Below are positions 11,808 through 26,816 of a stretch of DNA of 64,000 nt, piece after piece (the first letter of the stretch is position 1; each line of letters begins with the position of its first letter). This DNA is from Octopus vulgaris (taxonomy: Eukaryota), in the NCBI GenBank assembly GCA_951406725.2, contig OX597830.1, forward strand, positions 806,001 through 870,000, in the 5' to 3' direction. A program made the position numbers and the translations under genes. The notes beneath the pieces are model-generated. The model saw only the letters and a program-made list of their open reading frames with translations. It ran no database searches and was not told where the DNA came from.

Positions 11808-12526
11808 TACATTGATATGTGTGTGTAAGGGTTGTGTACACTAACACACTCATTGCTGAGTGCGTGTCCGTGTATATTGATTTGACTGAACATTTGATTT
11901 TTTGATAAAGAAAACGAAAGCGATACAAGACACGTAAGGGAAGAAGATAAAGTGCGTCTGATAAGCAGATAGAGTAGCGAAAGACGTTTAAGAGGGAGAG
12001 AGAGAGTGAGAGAATAGGGGAGGGAAGAAGGGAGGGAGACTGCCGGACCAAGAAAGTGAGGGAGATATAGATAACAAACAAAACTCTATATATATCCATG
12101 GCAACAGGGTCTGACACTATTAGTGATGAAAGATTATCGACGAGTGTTTTAATATGAATAATGGATAAAAAAATATAGAAAATACAAATTATTGTGCCTA
12201 TGACAAAGCGAAAAGAGAACAAAAGAGATTAAATTTGCCTCAAGTGAATTTCAAATTTCTAAGTGTGTTGTAGTATTGTAGATAACAATAGCTTTTGACA
12301 GATAAATGTGCCATTAAATCTCTTAGTAATTCCCTGGAGATTATTTTATAGTTTAAATATGTCTTTTATTGCAGCTAGATGCTGATTTGCATTCTGATGT
12401 AGGAAACGATGCAAGGATACTGTCAAAAAATGAAAAGTAGAAATAGAAATCTAACATAAACAACTACAACAATGCTAACAAGAGCAACAAGGAAAAACAG
12501 AACTGAAATAACTATTTATGCTTATA

Positions 12527-12578
<52 letters not shown>

Positions 12579-13025
12579 AATGTATGTAAATAAATAAAAA
12601 TTTCATTTGGCTGAAGCTTTTGAAAAGGAAATGTTAAAAATTAACTTGAAGAAATTCTGTTAGTGTTTTGATACAGTTCTTTATATGTATGTAAACTTTA
12701 TGCGTGTTTGTGTGTGCATATATGTGTGTATGTGTGCGGAATTATATACATGTGCATAAATAGAACGACAGACAAACACGCACATATGTACGTATATAAA
12801 TGAGTATATACATTCAAACATATTTTGACAGGTATATATACATATATAAATCAACGCAACTACACATATAATAGACGCGTGTGTCTGTGTATATACAATA
12901 ATAGAGGGGAATTAACATATAGATGTACACTTATATTTTAAATCTAAACACAAAAAACACGTATATACATATGTATATAATAAAACATTCATAAATATAC
13001 ATATATGAATGTATGTAATAATACA

Positions 13026-13071
<46 letters not shown>

Positions 13072-13864
13072 ATGTATGTATGTATGTATATACACACAGA
13101 CATATATTCATCCATAAATACATGCATAACTATGTATGTGTGTATCATGCATATATATTGGTGTATATATATTAGTTAATATAATAAATTTATAACTTCT
13201 TTTATAACTTTATATCAGCTTTATGGTATGTTTATGGTAAATTAAAAATATACTTACTAATGGTTTCTAGTGAATGGTTATTTATTCTAGAAATGGTTTC
13301 GGTGATCTTTCACCAAAGACGCCTCTCTCAAAACTTTCAACTTATCTAGCTATCTAATGTTATTCATGTATTAAGTTTGTGTCTGGTTATGATAACTATT
13401 GTATTTTATGTGAAGTGTTCTATGATTTTCATCTTTAGGCGGACATTTTGGCTGGAGTTTACGTACGACATTTCAATTTATTAAACTGAACTTTTTTTTA
13501 TCTACCAAGTGATACTAAATAATTGCGCCTACTTATTCGTCCTATCTACAAGATATAACTCGCTTCAAAAATGAATGTTTCAATCAATACAGGAATTTAG
13601 AAAAATAAGCCAAATGGTTAAAACGCTATGGAGATAGATCGTTGCATATATGTTACTGTAAAAGTACTGGGGTAGGTAGAAGACTATTAACTACAACGAC
13701 TTACACAATAGAATTACTGTGAAAATAAAAGAACATATAAAACTACACCGAATGTAGTCTTCTGTTCACTTTTCATACTACACACACACACACACACATC
13801 TTCATCTGTAAACCATAAATCCGAAAGAGAAGCAGGAAGATAGCTATGGCGAATCTGAAGAAAC

Positions 13865-13931
<67 letters not shown>

Positions 13932-16292
13932 TATGTATATATATATATATATATATCATATGGGTGGCTTAGCCTGTTAACAATCTAAGGGCAAATTTAT
14001 GGACGTCACTAAAGTTATAGAGGGTACAAACTGATACAGGCATTGCTAGAAATAAGTATCAAGATGATTCATTAGCCACAAGAGCACTATGTTAATAAGC
14101 TGACCAAGAAGACAAAGTTCCCTACGGTCGAAGATAAAGCCACATCATAAGATTTCGAATTTTTATGCAGAGCTTCTTAATTCTTGCCAGCGGATCTGAC
14201 TGTGCTTAGGATTAACCTTAATTCACCTCGTCAACTTGAAAAAAAAATCGTTGAAAACCTGTGCTAATTTCAAAATAGGTAAACGTGAAAACTATTAATA
14301 ATATGGGTGGCTTATTAGCAATTTAACAACCTAAACGCAAAATTATAGACGTCACTCAATAATAACAATAGGAAATATAATTCCAAACTTACGGAGAAAA
14401 ATTCAATCTATCAATTAATAGAGGTTATTTCTCTTAAATATATATATATATATTTTAAGTATCATTCATCTACATTTAAATAATATTTACACATAAAATT
14501 ATGGTCAATGTTATCTCCGTACTTATTTTGAGAAATATGGAAGAAAGAAACACTTAAAACGAAATTTATTGATTCAGAGTTGATTTTAAGTTTAATGCTC
14601 TACATATAAAATGGAAGAATATTAAACAAACATTTAGGTTAATTTAAAACATGGTTCATATAACTGTGATAAATACAGTTATATATAACAGACATTTATA
14701 ACAGATACAGTCTGAGCAAAGGAGTTTCAGCAATTTTGTAAGGCATATTCAAAGGAATGAAATATAAACTTGAGGACAGTATTCTATATTGCTGAAAATG
14801 GAATGAATTAAAATATTTGGAAACTCTGAACACCAATGTTTGTGACGTTTTAAACAAGGAATCTTTATCATCAGGATCAATACGTGTGAGTGTGTGTGTG
14901 TGTGTCTGTGTGTGTGTATGCCTATGACTAACATTTGTAAGGTTTAATTGAACTAACGCATCTTCCATTAGAATTTTGCTCCCATCATAGATTTTGTTAT
15001 GGGGACATCATATATATCTTTTTGCACAGTAGTCCTCGAATAGTATGTGCAGTATAAAATCATAAATTGTAGTCCACAGTTGGTATATAGACTTACGTAT
15101 GACGTTGCCGTAGTTTAGCTAGAGTTATATATTTTTAACTCTTGAAGAAATAAAAGTGCATATTGCACTTCTAGAAATGGTTTCATTAATAATACCACAC
15201 CACGAGGAGTAGCCAAGACCGAAATCATAATATATACGATTGGTATATACTGGTAAAAGTTAAATAATTAAAGTTCAATTTTAAACCGATTTGTACTATG
15301 GTGTTTATCTCAGATATTTAGTGGACAAGCGAATTCTAGTGAGAGTTGAAGTGACATAAGAGATCATAGTGCGGGGCCTGCGTCGAGTGAATCGGAAGGA
15401 TGTTGACGTATGTTATAAAACAGGAGTACTTAGTGATATCAAGGTAGAAACGTATAAGTTTAATAAGAACGGGATTAATGAAGCAGCTATATTAGGCTAA
15501 AGTAATTAGTGTAATTAACAAATATGGAATACCATTTTCATTTACTGGCTTATAAGATATGTTTTCATAAAAAGGCTTCGTTTTCTGATCAGAATTTTTC
15601 AAGAAATAAAACTGAAAGCTAATGTAGGATTTGGAGCAAAAATCATTTTCTATCAAATGGAAAAAAAAACCGAGTATGTTTAACCAATAAATTAATGCTA
15701 AAGCATTCTTTGGAATATATAAATAATTTAACTACTACGTTAAATATCAAATTTTCAAACTTACACACATACACTCACTCACACAAACACGTATAGTCTA
15801 TCTGTGTACATGTAGTGTATATATATGTGGGCAGATATATACGCAAGCGGGCACGAGTGAATTCATAATTGTATTTAAAAGTTCCTAATTTTCTGAATTT
15901 CGATATAAAATTAAAATGGTAAAAAATATTTTACTTTCACTTATTTAGGCTTTGAACGGAAAATCTCGGAGATTTATGCATTTCAATTTGCAAACAAGAA
16001 ACTGAAAGATAAATGAAAAGTAATGTATTAAAAAAAAACACCTTCTTAGAGAAAACGGTTTGAGATGAAATTTCAGTTGTTGGTATGTAAACTTCATTGA
16101 TCGTTGACAAATCAGTAGGTATTACATATTTGATTTCTGCCATTAAAGAACTGTCAAGACATCCCTGGAAATACTTTCCTTTTCAATGAGTTTTTCTTTG
16201 GGAACTAAAAAAAATGTTAATTCAAAATACTTGAAGCGATTCTTGTATGGAATATATCTACCTTTTCTGCTCTCTCTTTCACTCACTGTAGT

Positions 16293-17139
<847 letters not shown>

Positions 17140-17281
17140 AGAGAGAAGGACTGAGAGAAAGAGAGAAAACAGAAGGTACACAGTGAGAGTGTGTATATAT
17201 ATATATATATATATTTATGTACAAAACAGAGACAGAGAGTATGAAGCTTACAGACACACACACTCACACAAACACACACGC

Positions 17282-17330
<49 letters not shown>

Positions 17331-17747
17331 TCTAGTACTTATATGTGTGTGTTTGCATAAATAATCTCACAGTTCTGAAAGACATTAAGAAGATGATTGT
17401 GAATTAGTAGAATAAATGGAATTTTATTTCAAACCATTTTTTTCTCTTTTTCTTAATTAAGCGGGGTTTCTTTCAAATACTTTTTATGTGTTGAGGACGA
17501 AAGATCAGGTTGAAAAGAATGGCAAATACGACAGTAGAAAGAGTCAATTGATTAGATTTGTTTTTACTTATTACCCTTCATCTTAAGAAATGCGTCAAGA
17601 AGCTGATGTTTATCATCATCATCATCATCGTTAAGCTCATACATAATTTAGTTAGCCAGAATTTTATCTAAAAGTTTGATAAGTTTCCACTATCTCAAGA
17701 ATATTTCATAGTAATAATAATAATAATAATAATAACAATATTCTATG

Positions 17748-17943
17748 AGAGAGCTAGCTGCATGAATTGTTAGCATGTCGTTTGATTTGTTTAGAGGTAT
17801 TTCGTTTGTTACTACGCTCTGAATGCAAATATCACCGAGGTCGGCATTGCCTTTTATCCTTAAGTACCATCGATACACTAGGATCGATGCAGTCGACTAG
17901 TCCCCTCCCCCAAATTTCAGTCCTTCTGCCTATAGTAGAAAGG
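17748..17943 (+). mobile_element. SINE family A (degenerate)
   Basis: Contains caccgaggtcggcattgccttttatcc…gcctatagtagaaagg followed by (ATT)n. Confidence 0.7.
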
Positions 17944-18031
17944 CTTTTATTATTATTATTGTGTGAGAGAGGAGTGACACTGGAGTACAAATATACGAAG
18001 CCCAATATACCCATCATAACTAATACTATTA

Positions 18032-18079
<48 letters not shown>

Positions 18080-18119
18080 GTAGTAGTAGTAGTAGTAGTA
18101 GTAGTGTTATTGTTATCAA

Positions 18120-18332
18120 TGCGGCGAGCTGGCAGAATCGTTAAGAAGCCGAGTGAAATGCTTTGCGGTATTTCGTCTGTCGCTACACTCTGAGTTCAAA
18201 TTTCACCGAGGTCGACTTTTCCTTTCATCCTTTGGGGGTCGATAAATTAAGTACAAGTTGAGTACTGGGGTCGATGTAATCGATTTTTCCCTTCCCCAAA
18301 AATTTCAGGCCTTGTGACTATAGTAGAAAGGA
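18120..18332 (+). mobile_element. SINE family A (tRNA-like head, conserved core, tail ending in ATT repeats)
   Basis: Head gcggcgagctggcagaatcgtt…gagttcaaat, core gaggtcgacttttcctttcatcctttgggggtcgataaattaagtac, tail tatagtagaaagg. At least 8 copies occur in the window. Confidence 0.85.
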
Positions 18333-19679
18333 CTATTGTTATAGTAGTAGTAGTGGTGATAATAATGCTATTATTAGAAATAATATTAGTGGTAGCTGCT
18401 GTTCTTTCTCGGCTCCGAGTTCATGTACAACCAATAAAATAATGTACCAGTTACGTACTGAGTAAGATATGAGAATATGTAAACAACTAAATCTTCCCTT
18501 CCAAATTTCCAACCTTGAACCCCTATCCTTTCTTTCAAACAATTTTATTTGTCATGAATGGCAATGCATACATTTTAATTTGTAATTTTTGATATTATTA
18601 AAGTTTTTGAGATGAAAAATTGGTCTTTCTACAGTTATTTCCCAAACAAGTCTCCACGTCTTCTTTAATACCTGAGCTAGACAGAAAGTCTATTCTAAAT
18701 TTTACTGTTTCTTCTTTAAATTAAAAAACTTTTGTTTCGAAATTTGTATGTATTTACATTAGTTCTCAAAATGTCTGCCTCCACGAAAGAGACATTAGTA
18801 GAGAGTAACCAGAGCGAGTAGCACTGACTCGGTCACTTTGAAAAAAACTGGGCTTTTAATCTTCGAATCTACAAAAACAAAATGTAAAATAAAAAAATTG
18901 GGAATAATTGCAATATAAGAGATACACTTTGAAGTGCATTCCCAATTTAACAAGTGAAAGTTTAACTGCACACAGTAAGTATAAAATTGCACACGCATAG
19001 ACGCAAACACATATATACACACTCAAATGCACAGCCATTTACTAAAGCAGACATTGTAAAACAAAACAAAAAGAAACAGCCGTTTTAGATGTGATCAAGC
19101 TGCCAGTGTCAGGCAGGTTTTGTGCATGAACAAACAAAAGCAGTAAAAATTCGCGTAGCCAAATTTGGAAAATAAGAATGGCGCCTCATTGTTTTTGTTA
19201 TACAATCAATGATAACAGAAAAAAAATAGCTATTTAACACTTCATTACCAAAAAGGAGCAGCTTTCTCATGCTATAAAAAGATTAATACAGGCGGACGTA
19301 ATTCATCGTGCAAAGTAGTCTCCGCTATGAAACTACGGATGGTTTAGACCAGTAAATCTAGATTTTCAATTAGAAGAGGATGGAGAACACTGAGCTAGTG
19401 TGACACACACCACTCGATAATTGGTGCCGCACAACTATGTTGGCAAAAGGAATTGGCAAAATCCTGGTTCTTGACAAGTGTGTCGAATCTCAGGCCAGCA
19501 CACTATAAGCGGCAGAGTGTGTGCGGAGGTGAGAGCCAGAGTAAACTAGAAGATATGTGATGCAATGGTCTGAATGGATATTAAGACCCAGAACAGAGAT
19601 ATCAATGAGAACATTATGTCGTACCGAATGTCCAAGCAATGAAAGCAGATCTGAGGGTGTATATGTAAATATATATATA

Positions 19680-19900
19680 TATGTGTGTATAAGGTGTGTT
19701 ATGAGGATTTATAGAACAAGTATTTTATAGAAACTCAACAAACTGTTAAAGAAGAGGACATGTTAAAGATATTAAAAATAATTTAATCCATGCATACGAT
19801 CGTTTCAAATAGTAAGATTAACATGTAGATAAAATGGTAGAAAAATTTAATTAAAATTAAATTAATTTGTGCTTTCCTCGGGTATGAATGTCGGACCTTT
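19680..19900 (-). mobile_element. PLE pLTR-like remnant with decayed hammerhead
   Basis: Minus strand has CCGAGGA…GAAAC-GATC-GTA (palindromic stem III loop, GUA triplet) between TA-rich tracts. Confidence 0.4.
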
Positions 19901-19961
19901 TATATAGATTTAAATTAATATATAAATACATTTGTGTATGGAATTGTATACGTATGCATAT

Positions 19962-20070
<109 letters not shown>

Positions 20071-20071
20071 G

Positions 20072-20156
<85 letters not shown>

Positions 20157-20159
20157 ATA

Positions 20160-20790
20160 TCTTTATATATATAAAACTGAGAATGTGTGTATGTATGTCA
20201 GTGTGTTTCCCTAAAACTTGAGAACTACACAACCAATTTCATTCAAATTTTACACATGCCTTACTTAGGGTCCATGTAGTTTCATGGGCAAAGAAAAATG
20301 CAATATCATATCTTCTCCACTATTTCAGTATTACGTGGTAAAAGTGAAACAAAAACATTTCTCTGTTTTATGTCAGATACCTTCACTTTAACAATAAAAA
20401 TAATAATAACAATTGAATTATATGTAGTAAGTAATAATTAAAATCAAACTAAAGTATAATATAATCGTAACATAGCAAAGGTAAAAATAGCAATTGGTAT
20501 AAAATTGCATCAGTGACTTGAACAAGTGGTTTCACATGAATGGGAATAAATTAAAAATGAAATTAGCGTGCAGAAATGGAATAGTTCAGATGGATAATAA
20601 AAAATTAAGCTAAAGAAAAGACTATTGTCTATAAAGTATACAATGTAGAGAAAAAATATTTGAACACATGGAGGAAAGCACCTTCGTAAAGTGTCTTGGT
20701 GCGACTATGAAAGGTATCTAATCAGAGGCGGTAAATTCGCCACAATAGAAGCAAGTTTCGAGTCAACGGAGCGTGCAAGGGAGTACTTGA
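20160..20790 (+). mobile_element. Putative non-autonomous Helitron-like element
   Basis: Starts TCTTTATATATATAAAACTGAGAATGTGTGTATGTATGTC, a Helitron-like 5' TC motif with an internal microsatellite. A degenerate GC-rich subterminal segment lies near 20764-20785. There is no clean CTAG end. Confidence 0.4.
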
Positions 20791-21099
20791 TTTTATTTCT
20801 ACATTTATATCTGGGACGTAGGACGTCCGGGAAAAAATTTTAAATGCCCCCCCCCCCCCCCAGAAGTAGAGGTAGGCTGGATTGTAGCCACACTTCTATA
20901 CAAGAGGGAGGACAAGATACAATTGATCGAATTTGCAAGAGCCGGGCCTAGAATTCCAGTCTGTTATATATTTTGAGCATTGTTATCACTAGCGATATCA
21001 AGATATAACTTTGTATTTTGTATTTTATGTGTAGATATATAAAGATGTACATGTAATATGTACACATATATATACACATATATACATGCACTAGCAATT

Positions 21100-21348
21100 A
21101 ATAAGTTATCAAACACTAAAACAAGGTTTGAGGCTTGGCTGTGTTATCGCCCTTCGACCAGTTCAGATGGCAAATTTTCACCGATTACAGCCGGAAAAAT
21201 TCTCCGCCGATTGGAAACCGCCTAGAAGTGGAGATTATCCTTTCACCCCTTTCGCCAGTTATCTCCATAAAATTTGCCATCTCAACTGTCCTAAGGTAGA
21301 TAACTCGGCCAAACCTCAAACGGTGTTTAAGCCTTTGTTTACTTATTA
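21100..21348. mobile_element. MITE-like element with about 80-bp imperfect terminal inverted repeats
   Basis: 21100-21178 (taataagt…gtttgaggcttggc…cagttcagatggcaaatttt) is the approximate reverse complement of 21269-21348. Confidence 0.7.
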
Positions 21349-21495
21349 ACGGACCGTAGCAGTTTTCTGCCTCCAGTTTGAAGAGTGATATGCATCCACC
21401 ATTGAGTCTGACGCGCCGTCTATAAGGCCTAGCACATCATGGATGCAAAACTACTGATCACTCTATAACCGGACATATATTTAACTAGGTGTAAG

Positions 21496-21557
<62 letters not shown>

Positions 21558-21682
21558 CGCGTAAACACATATTTATATGTATATATATATATGTGTATGT
21601 ATATACACACCTATATATATATATGTATAAATATATATATATGTGTGTGTGTATATATACACATGGTATATATATATATATA

Positions 21683-22093
21683 GGCGCAGGAGTGGCTGTG
21701 TGGTAAGTAGCTTGCTTACCAACCACATGGCTCCGGGTTCAGTCCCACTGTGTGGCATCTTGGGCAAGTGTATTCTGCTATAGCCCTGGGCCGACCAATG
21801 CCTTGTGAGTGGATTTGGTAGACGGAAACTGAAAGAAGCCTGTCGTATATATGTATATATATATATATTTATGTGTGTGTATATGTTTGTGTGCCTGTGT
21901 TTGTCCCTCTAGCATTGCTTGACAACCGATGCTGGTGTGTTTACGTCCCCGTCACCTAGCGGTTCGGCAAAAGAGACCGATAGAATAGGTACTGGGCTTA
22001 CAAAGAATAAGTCCCGGGGTCGATTTGCTCGACTAAAGGCGGTGCTCCAGCATGGCCGCAGTCAAATGACTGAAACAAGTAAAAGAGTAAAAG

Positions 22094-22094
<1 letters not shown>
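21683..22094 (+). mobile_element. SINE family B, full length (tRNA-derived; resembles octopus OK-type SINE from recall)
   Basis: Head ggcgcaggagtggctgtgtggtaag…gggttcagtccca, internal (TA/TG)n, tail aaggcggtgctccagcatggccgcagtcaaatgactgaaacaagtaaaaga. Confidence 0.85.
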
Positions 22095-22147
<53 letters not shown>

Positions 22148-22159
22148 GTGTACACATTA

Positions 22160-22195
<36 letters not shown>

Positions 22196-22494
22196 TCAAA
22201 TAAGGATTGAGATAGAATCAGGTATTTAAAAAGATGTGCACCAGGTGGGGATGGGTAATCTTAACGTTCTGGTCTATGTTTCGCAATATAAAATATGACA
22301 TTCCGGTTGTATACAGAGAGAAAAACCAACCCTATGAGGATCTAGCAACTAAGGCCTCGTCCAAATCATGCGTTGCATTGAACAGTATGTTGTTGGTATC
22401 CTCCAGAGTATCCGATAAATCGTAAATCCCCTTGGTGTATTATAATCAATTGAATAACGTCAGAGCTTGGATGGTTGTTACTGTTGTTAAATAA

Positions 22495-22740
22495 GCATCC
22501 TTTTACTAGAAGAACAAGAACATTACTCCATTACAAAAATCTGTAATCATCAGATGAAACGCAATTTTACAAAGAAAAGAATACCCCAAGAATACAGTAG
22601 GAACGTGGCTGCAGTCTGTCGAGGCCAACTGCTGTATTCTTGGGATATTCTTTTCTTTTTTGTAGAATTAAGTTTCATCTGATGATTATGGGCTTCGTTT
22701 TTAATGGAGCAATATTCTCATTCTTCTATTAAATTGATGC
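22495..22740. repeat. About 245-bp imperfect palindrome (foldback/MITE-like)
   Basis: Arms of about 105 bp, e.g. taatcatcagatgaaac/gtttcatctgatgatta and ccaagaatacag/ctgtattcttgg, around a loop of about 25 bp. Confidence 0.8.
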
Positions 22741-22823
22741 GTGACAGCTGTAATGTGCTAACAGTTATCCATCGTACATTATTATTGATTTTCTATATAT
22801 AAATATATACATATTTGTGTGTG

Positions 22824-22894
<71 letters not shown>

Positions 22895-23898
22895 ATATAT
22901 ATGTATACATACACATATTTAGGAGCGTATAAATATGTATATATATATGTGTGTGTGTGTGTGCGTTGTGTGTGAGTGTATTTATGCGAATGTGTATGTA
23001 TGAATGTATGTATGAATAAATATGAATGAATAAATATAAGAAGAGAGTCAGAGACGAGCAAGATGGTTCCAAGCTATATACCATTAATCTCCAGCCCACC
23101 ATTTAACTAGCGAAACCATTTAACATTCTTATTCATTATTGTAAAGACTCATGTCTATTTATTTATCTTGTAAATTCTACTCTTGACCGAACTAACTACA
23201 CTCATCAATTATTTAAATATTCTGGCCACATTTACTTTATTTTATTAACATTTATTTCCGCTTTAGTCAATTCGGCAATTTCTTTCGATTTTTTTTCTTC
23301 TTGTTCTGTTCCATTTCTTCTGAAATTCTTTAATTTAATGTCTTTTCCAATTCTTCAAAGGGATTCCCTTTATATTTCTTTCTTTTGTAGTTTATAGAAT
23401 TAATAAACACACATACACACACACACACACACACATGTATGTATCCATTATTCCTCTTGAAATTGAAATGGCAACAAAATAAGCTCGTTGCAAGCGAGTA
23501 GAGAAATACATAACTAAGAAAATGGTGATAAATATCAAATGCATAAAGTTTTCTATAAATTCGCAAATGTATTCGTTCTTTAGGGTTCTTCATTTTTCTT
23601 TTCTTTCCTTTTGTTGAACAAGAATAACTTCATTTTGTCTCCCCTTGGTTACTTGAAGAGTAAACTAACTGCAACTGTTTTAGTTTCCCAATTTATAATA
23701 TTGCAACAGTTGGACCTATATTTCCCTAAGTGTATGCATGTATACATGATTGTTTATGTGTTATATATATGCGTTTGTGTTTATATTTACACAAACATCT
23801 ACACACGTGTGTGTGTATGTAAGCACAATGTGAGATCCTGTATGCAAACTACGCATATATGTATACGTGTCTATACCTATGTATCTATCTGTATATAC

Positions 23899-24062
<164 letters not shown>

Positions 24063-24204
24063 TCGTTATACGTTTGTCAGCCAGGAAAAGAGAATACCCT
24101 ATAATAAATTGAGTAGTTTATTTTTGTATGTGTAAATTAACAGTTTTAGAGAAATACTATTGGTCTCATATCTAGCGAAATACTATTGGTCTCATATCTT
24201 CACT

Positions 24205-24478
24205 TTCTCTAAACAAGAACTGTTCTCTTCAAGGAATGTTTTTTCGAAAACACAAGAACGCCGGTGTTAGATGAAGAAATATTCTTCTTAAAAATTATGG
24301 CTGCGCGAGTTGTCTCCCTTCGCTTGATAGCTAGGTGTTCCAGTTTTGATGTAAACATTTCCGAAAATTTGGACAACTCCCCACGGTTCCCGTCCAGGAG
24401 TTCAAATAGCTTCCTGGCACATGTAAGTTCATAAGGATTATATATTTTTCTGTCATACACAATTTACATAGCCCTGTA
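24205..24478 (+). mobile_element. Degraded mariner 3' end
   Basis: Broken translation ..KTRTPVLD.. and ..TVPVQEFK.. resembles a mariner C-terminus. It ends in TIR-like …gccctg|TA. Confidence 0.35.
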
Positions 24479-26630
24479 CAATGACTGATTATAGAGGAGC
24501 CCTGGTGTTATAAGAACATTGGATTATGCGTTCTGAATCTTTTGTTTATTTCTTTACAGAATTATATAATGTTACTTTGTTTCGCATTTACATATTATTA
24601 AATGCTTACTAATATCAAACTGTAACCACTGTAGGCTCTTTCAACAAACTGTATTTCGTCTCTTTTCCCTTCCAGCCATCGACTGGGACAGTAGCATTTA
24701 TTTTCTCTCATTCATTCAGATAATTTATATTCTGATTTCATAGTCAAAGCAGACCCGACAATGGAAATCAGACAGATAAGTAGCCAGCCAGCTAACCAGA
24801 CAACCATCTAGTCAAATATATAATCGCAAAGCCATCGAACCCTCGAAATACATAATGGATCAATGGTGACTTGTGGGGGAAGATGGTAAAGTGTTTCAAG
24901 TTATGTCAGCTCTTCTCAAGAAAATGTTCGTAAGCTACTTCAGAAAATATTCTAACTCCATCTACAGCAGAAAACATAATAATGTAATATAACCATACAC
25001 ATTCATACATATATCCACACATACACATACAGATCATTGTAATAAATCATTGTAATAAATTCCTGTATATTCTTTAGTGAATATTTTCAGTGGCAGCTAT
25101 CATGTAATATTTTCTTGTATTACTGGTCTACGCTCTTACATCTAGATCAACTGGCCTAAATAAGGTTAATGGTGCCGTTGGAATTGCGTTCACAATAATG
25201 CAGGATTCAAGAAAATATTTTTTTAAATAGAGCCACTTACACGACTAACTTCCTTACATTTTGCACCATGCTTCCTCCTCAGTAATTCAATGCCTTTCAG
25301 CTAAACACTTTCCCAAACTAAACACTTTCATCTTCATTAGGCACAATCGCATTTTCAGTTTAGTCTAAAAACCTTCGAAGGCTTCTGAATTGTTGGAATT
25401 GTTGTTGTTGTTGCTGTAATTATTGTTGTTACTGTCATAGTAAGCAGCGGCAGGAGGTAAGATGTGAGCGAGCTTATCTACCTGGTTAATTACGGAACGA
25501 TAAGAAATATAAATTTGTTCTTTCAGTTTGTTGCGAATTTGTCTCTCTTGACGATTATTGAAAAGATGAACAAATCTTTGAAGATTTATTAATGAGGTAT
25601 GGATGTTTTCCGTTTGACAAAGAATGAACGGCGCCTCAGTGAGAATTTCGATTTCACTATCAGACCAGTTGCGATTATTGTAACGTTTTGCTGTGCTATT
25701 CCTTTCCTTTTCCCACAATTGTTGTTATTGTTTTCGTGGACTACTTGCGATCCCTTAGTTTGGTTTCATATTCGTTTGAAATGGACAAAGATATGAGTTG
25801 ATTGTCCTTAGTTTAAGTAAAAACAGGGAAAATAGGAAACAACACCAAATAAAATAAATCGTGTTTTGAGGAGTTTTGTATGGAAATCGACGAAGATATT
25901 CGTGTCCGTCAAAATATTGAAAATGTTGATGTGTAAACTTGTGTGCATTTGGTAATAGAAAGATTGTGTAATTGCGAATATTTTTCGATAAAGTATTATG
26001 TTCTTACGGAAGAAAATATCCAAAATATTCAGGAATTCAATATAAGAAAAATACAGACGTGGCTTTGCGGTAGAATTGCTGGCAAGCAGCTTGAGAAAAT
26101 AACGTCTGTACAGTTTGTAGACACACACACACACACCGAGATAAAATCTCTGACTGAGAGAGCGCGAAAGAGAGAGAAAGAGAGAGATGAAAAGAAACGA
26201 AGAGAAGTGGAGAGGTGGGGGAAAGAGTGAAGAGAGTTGTGCGAAAGGTGAGAGTTTGTTGAATGCCGGGGGCGGAAAAACAGAGAGCCTCTCATACGTA
26301 CGATTAAGTTATGCAGTTAGCTGCAATATGATATTATTGCTGGCATTTCCTAATTAAATTTAATGTAATTATTTTACAATGGAGACATTTAATGAGGTGT
26401 AAGATAATTACAGTCTCTCTAATACACTGCGGCTCGTGAGTTATTAATTTCTGATTTGTAAAATAAATATTAACAGGTTGGAAGCTGGAAATATATAATG
26501 TAGAAATAGTTTGACCTTCAATTTAGAAAACTGTTTGTGTTAGAAAACCACCCATTTAAGATGAATATCATTTGACACCCTGGAGGCACTGTGTTGTCAA
26601 TTATTACTCCTGTTGCTCAGAAGGAATAAC

Positions 26631-26705
<75 letters not shown>

Positions 26706-26816
26706 AAAGAGGAGGAGGAGGAGAAAGCGGAGAAAGATGGTGATGACGACGATGATGAAAACTATAATAGCAGCAACAACACTACTAACAACGACAATAA
26801 TAACAATAATAATAAT

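Noticed and set aside
15140-15185. Hammerhead-like TTGAAGA…aagtgca/tgcactt…GAAA
   Set aside because: The core and stems I and III cannot be formed. Too degenerate to call.
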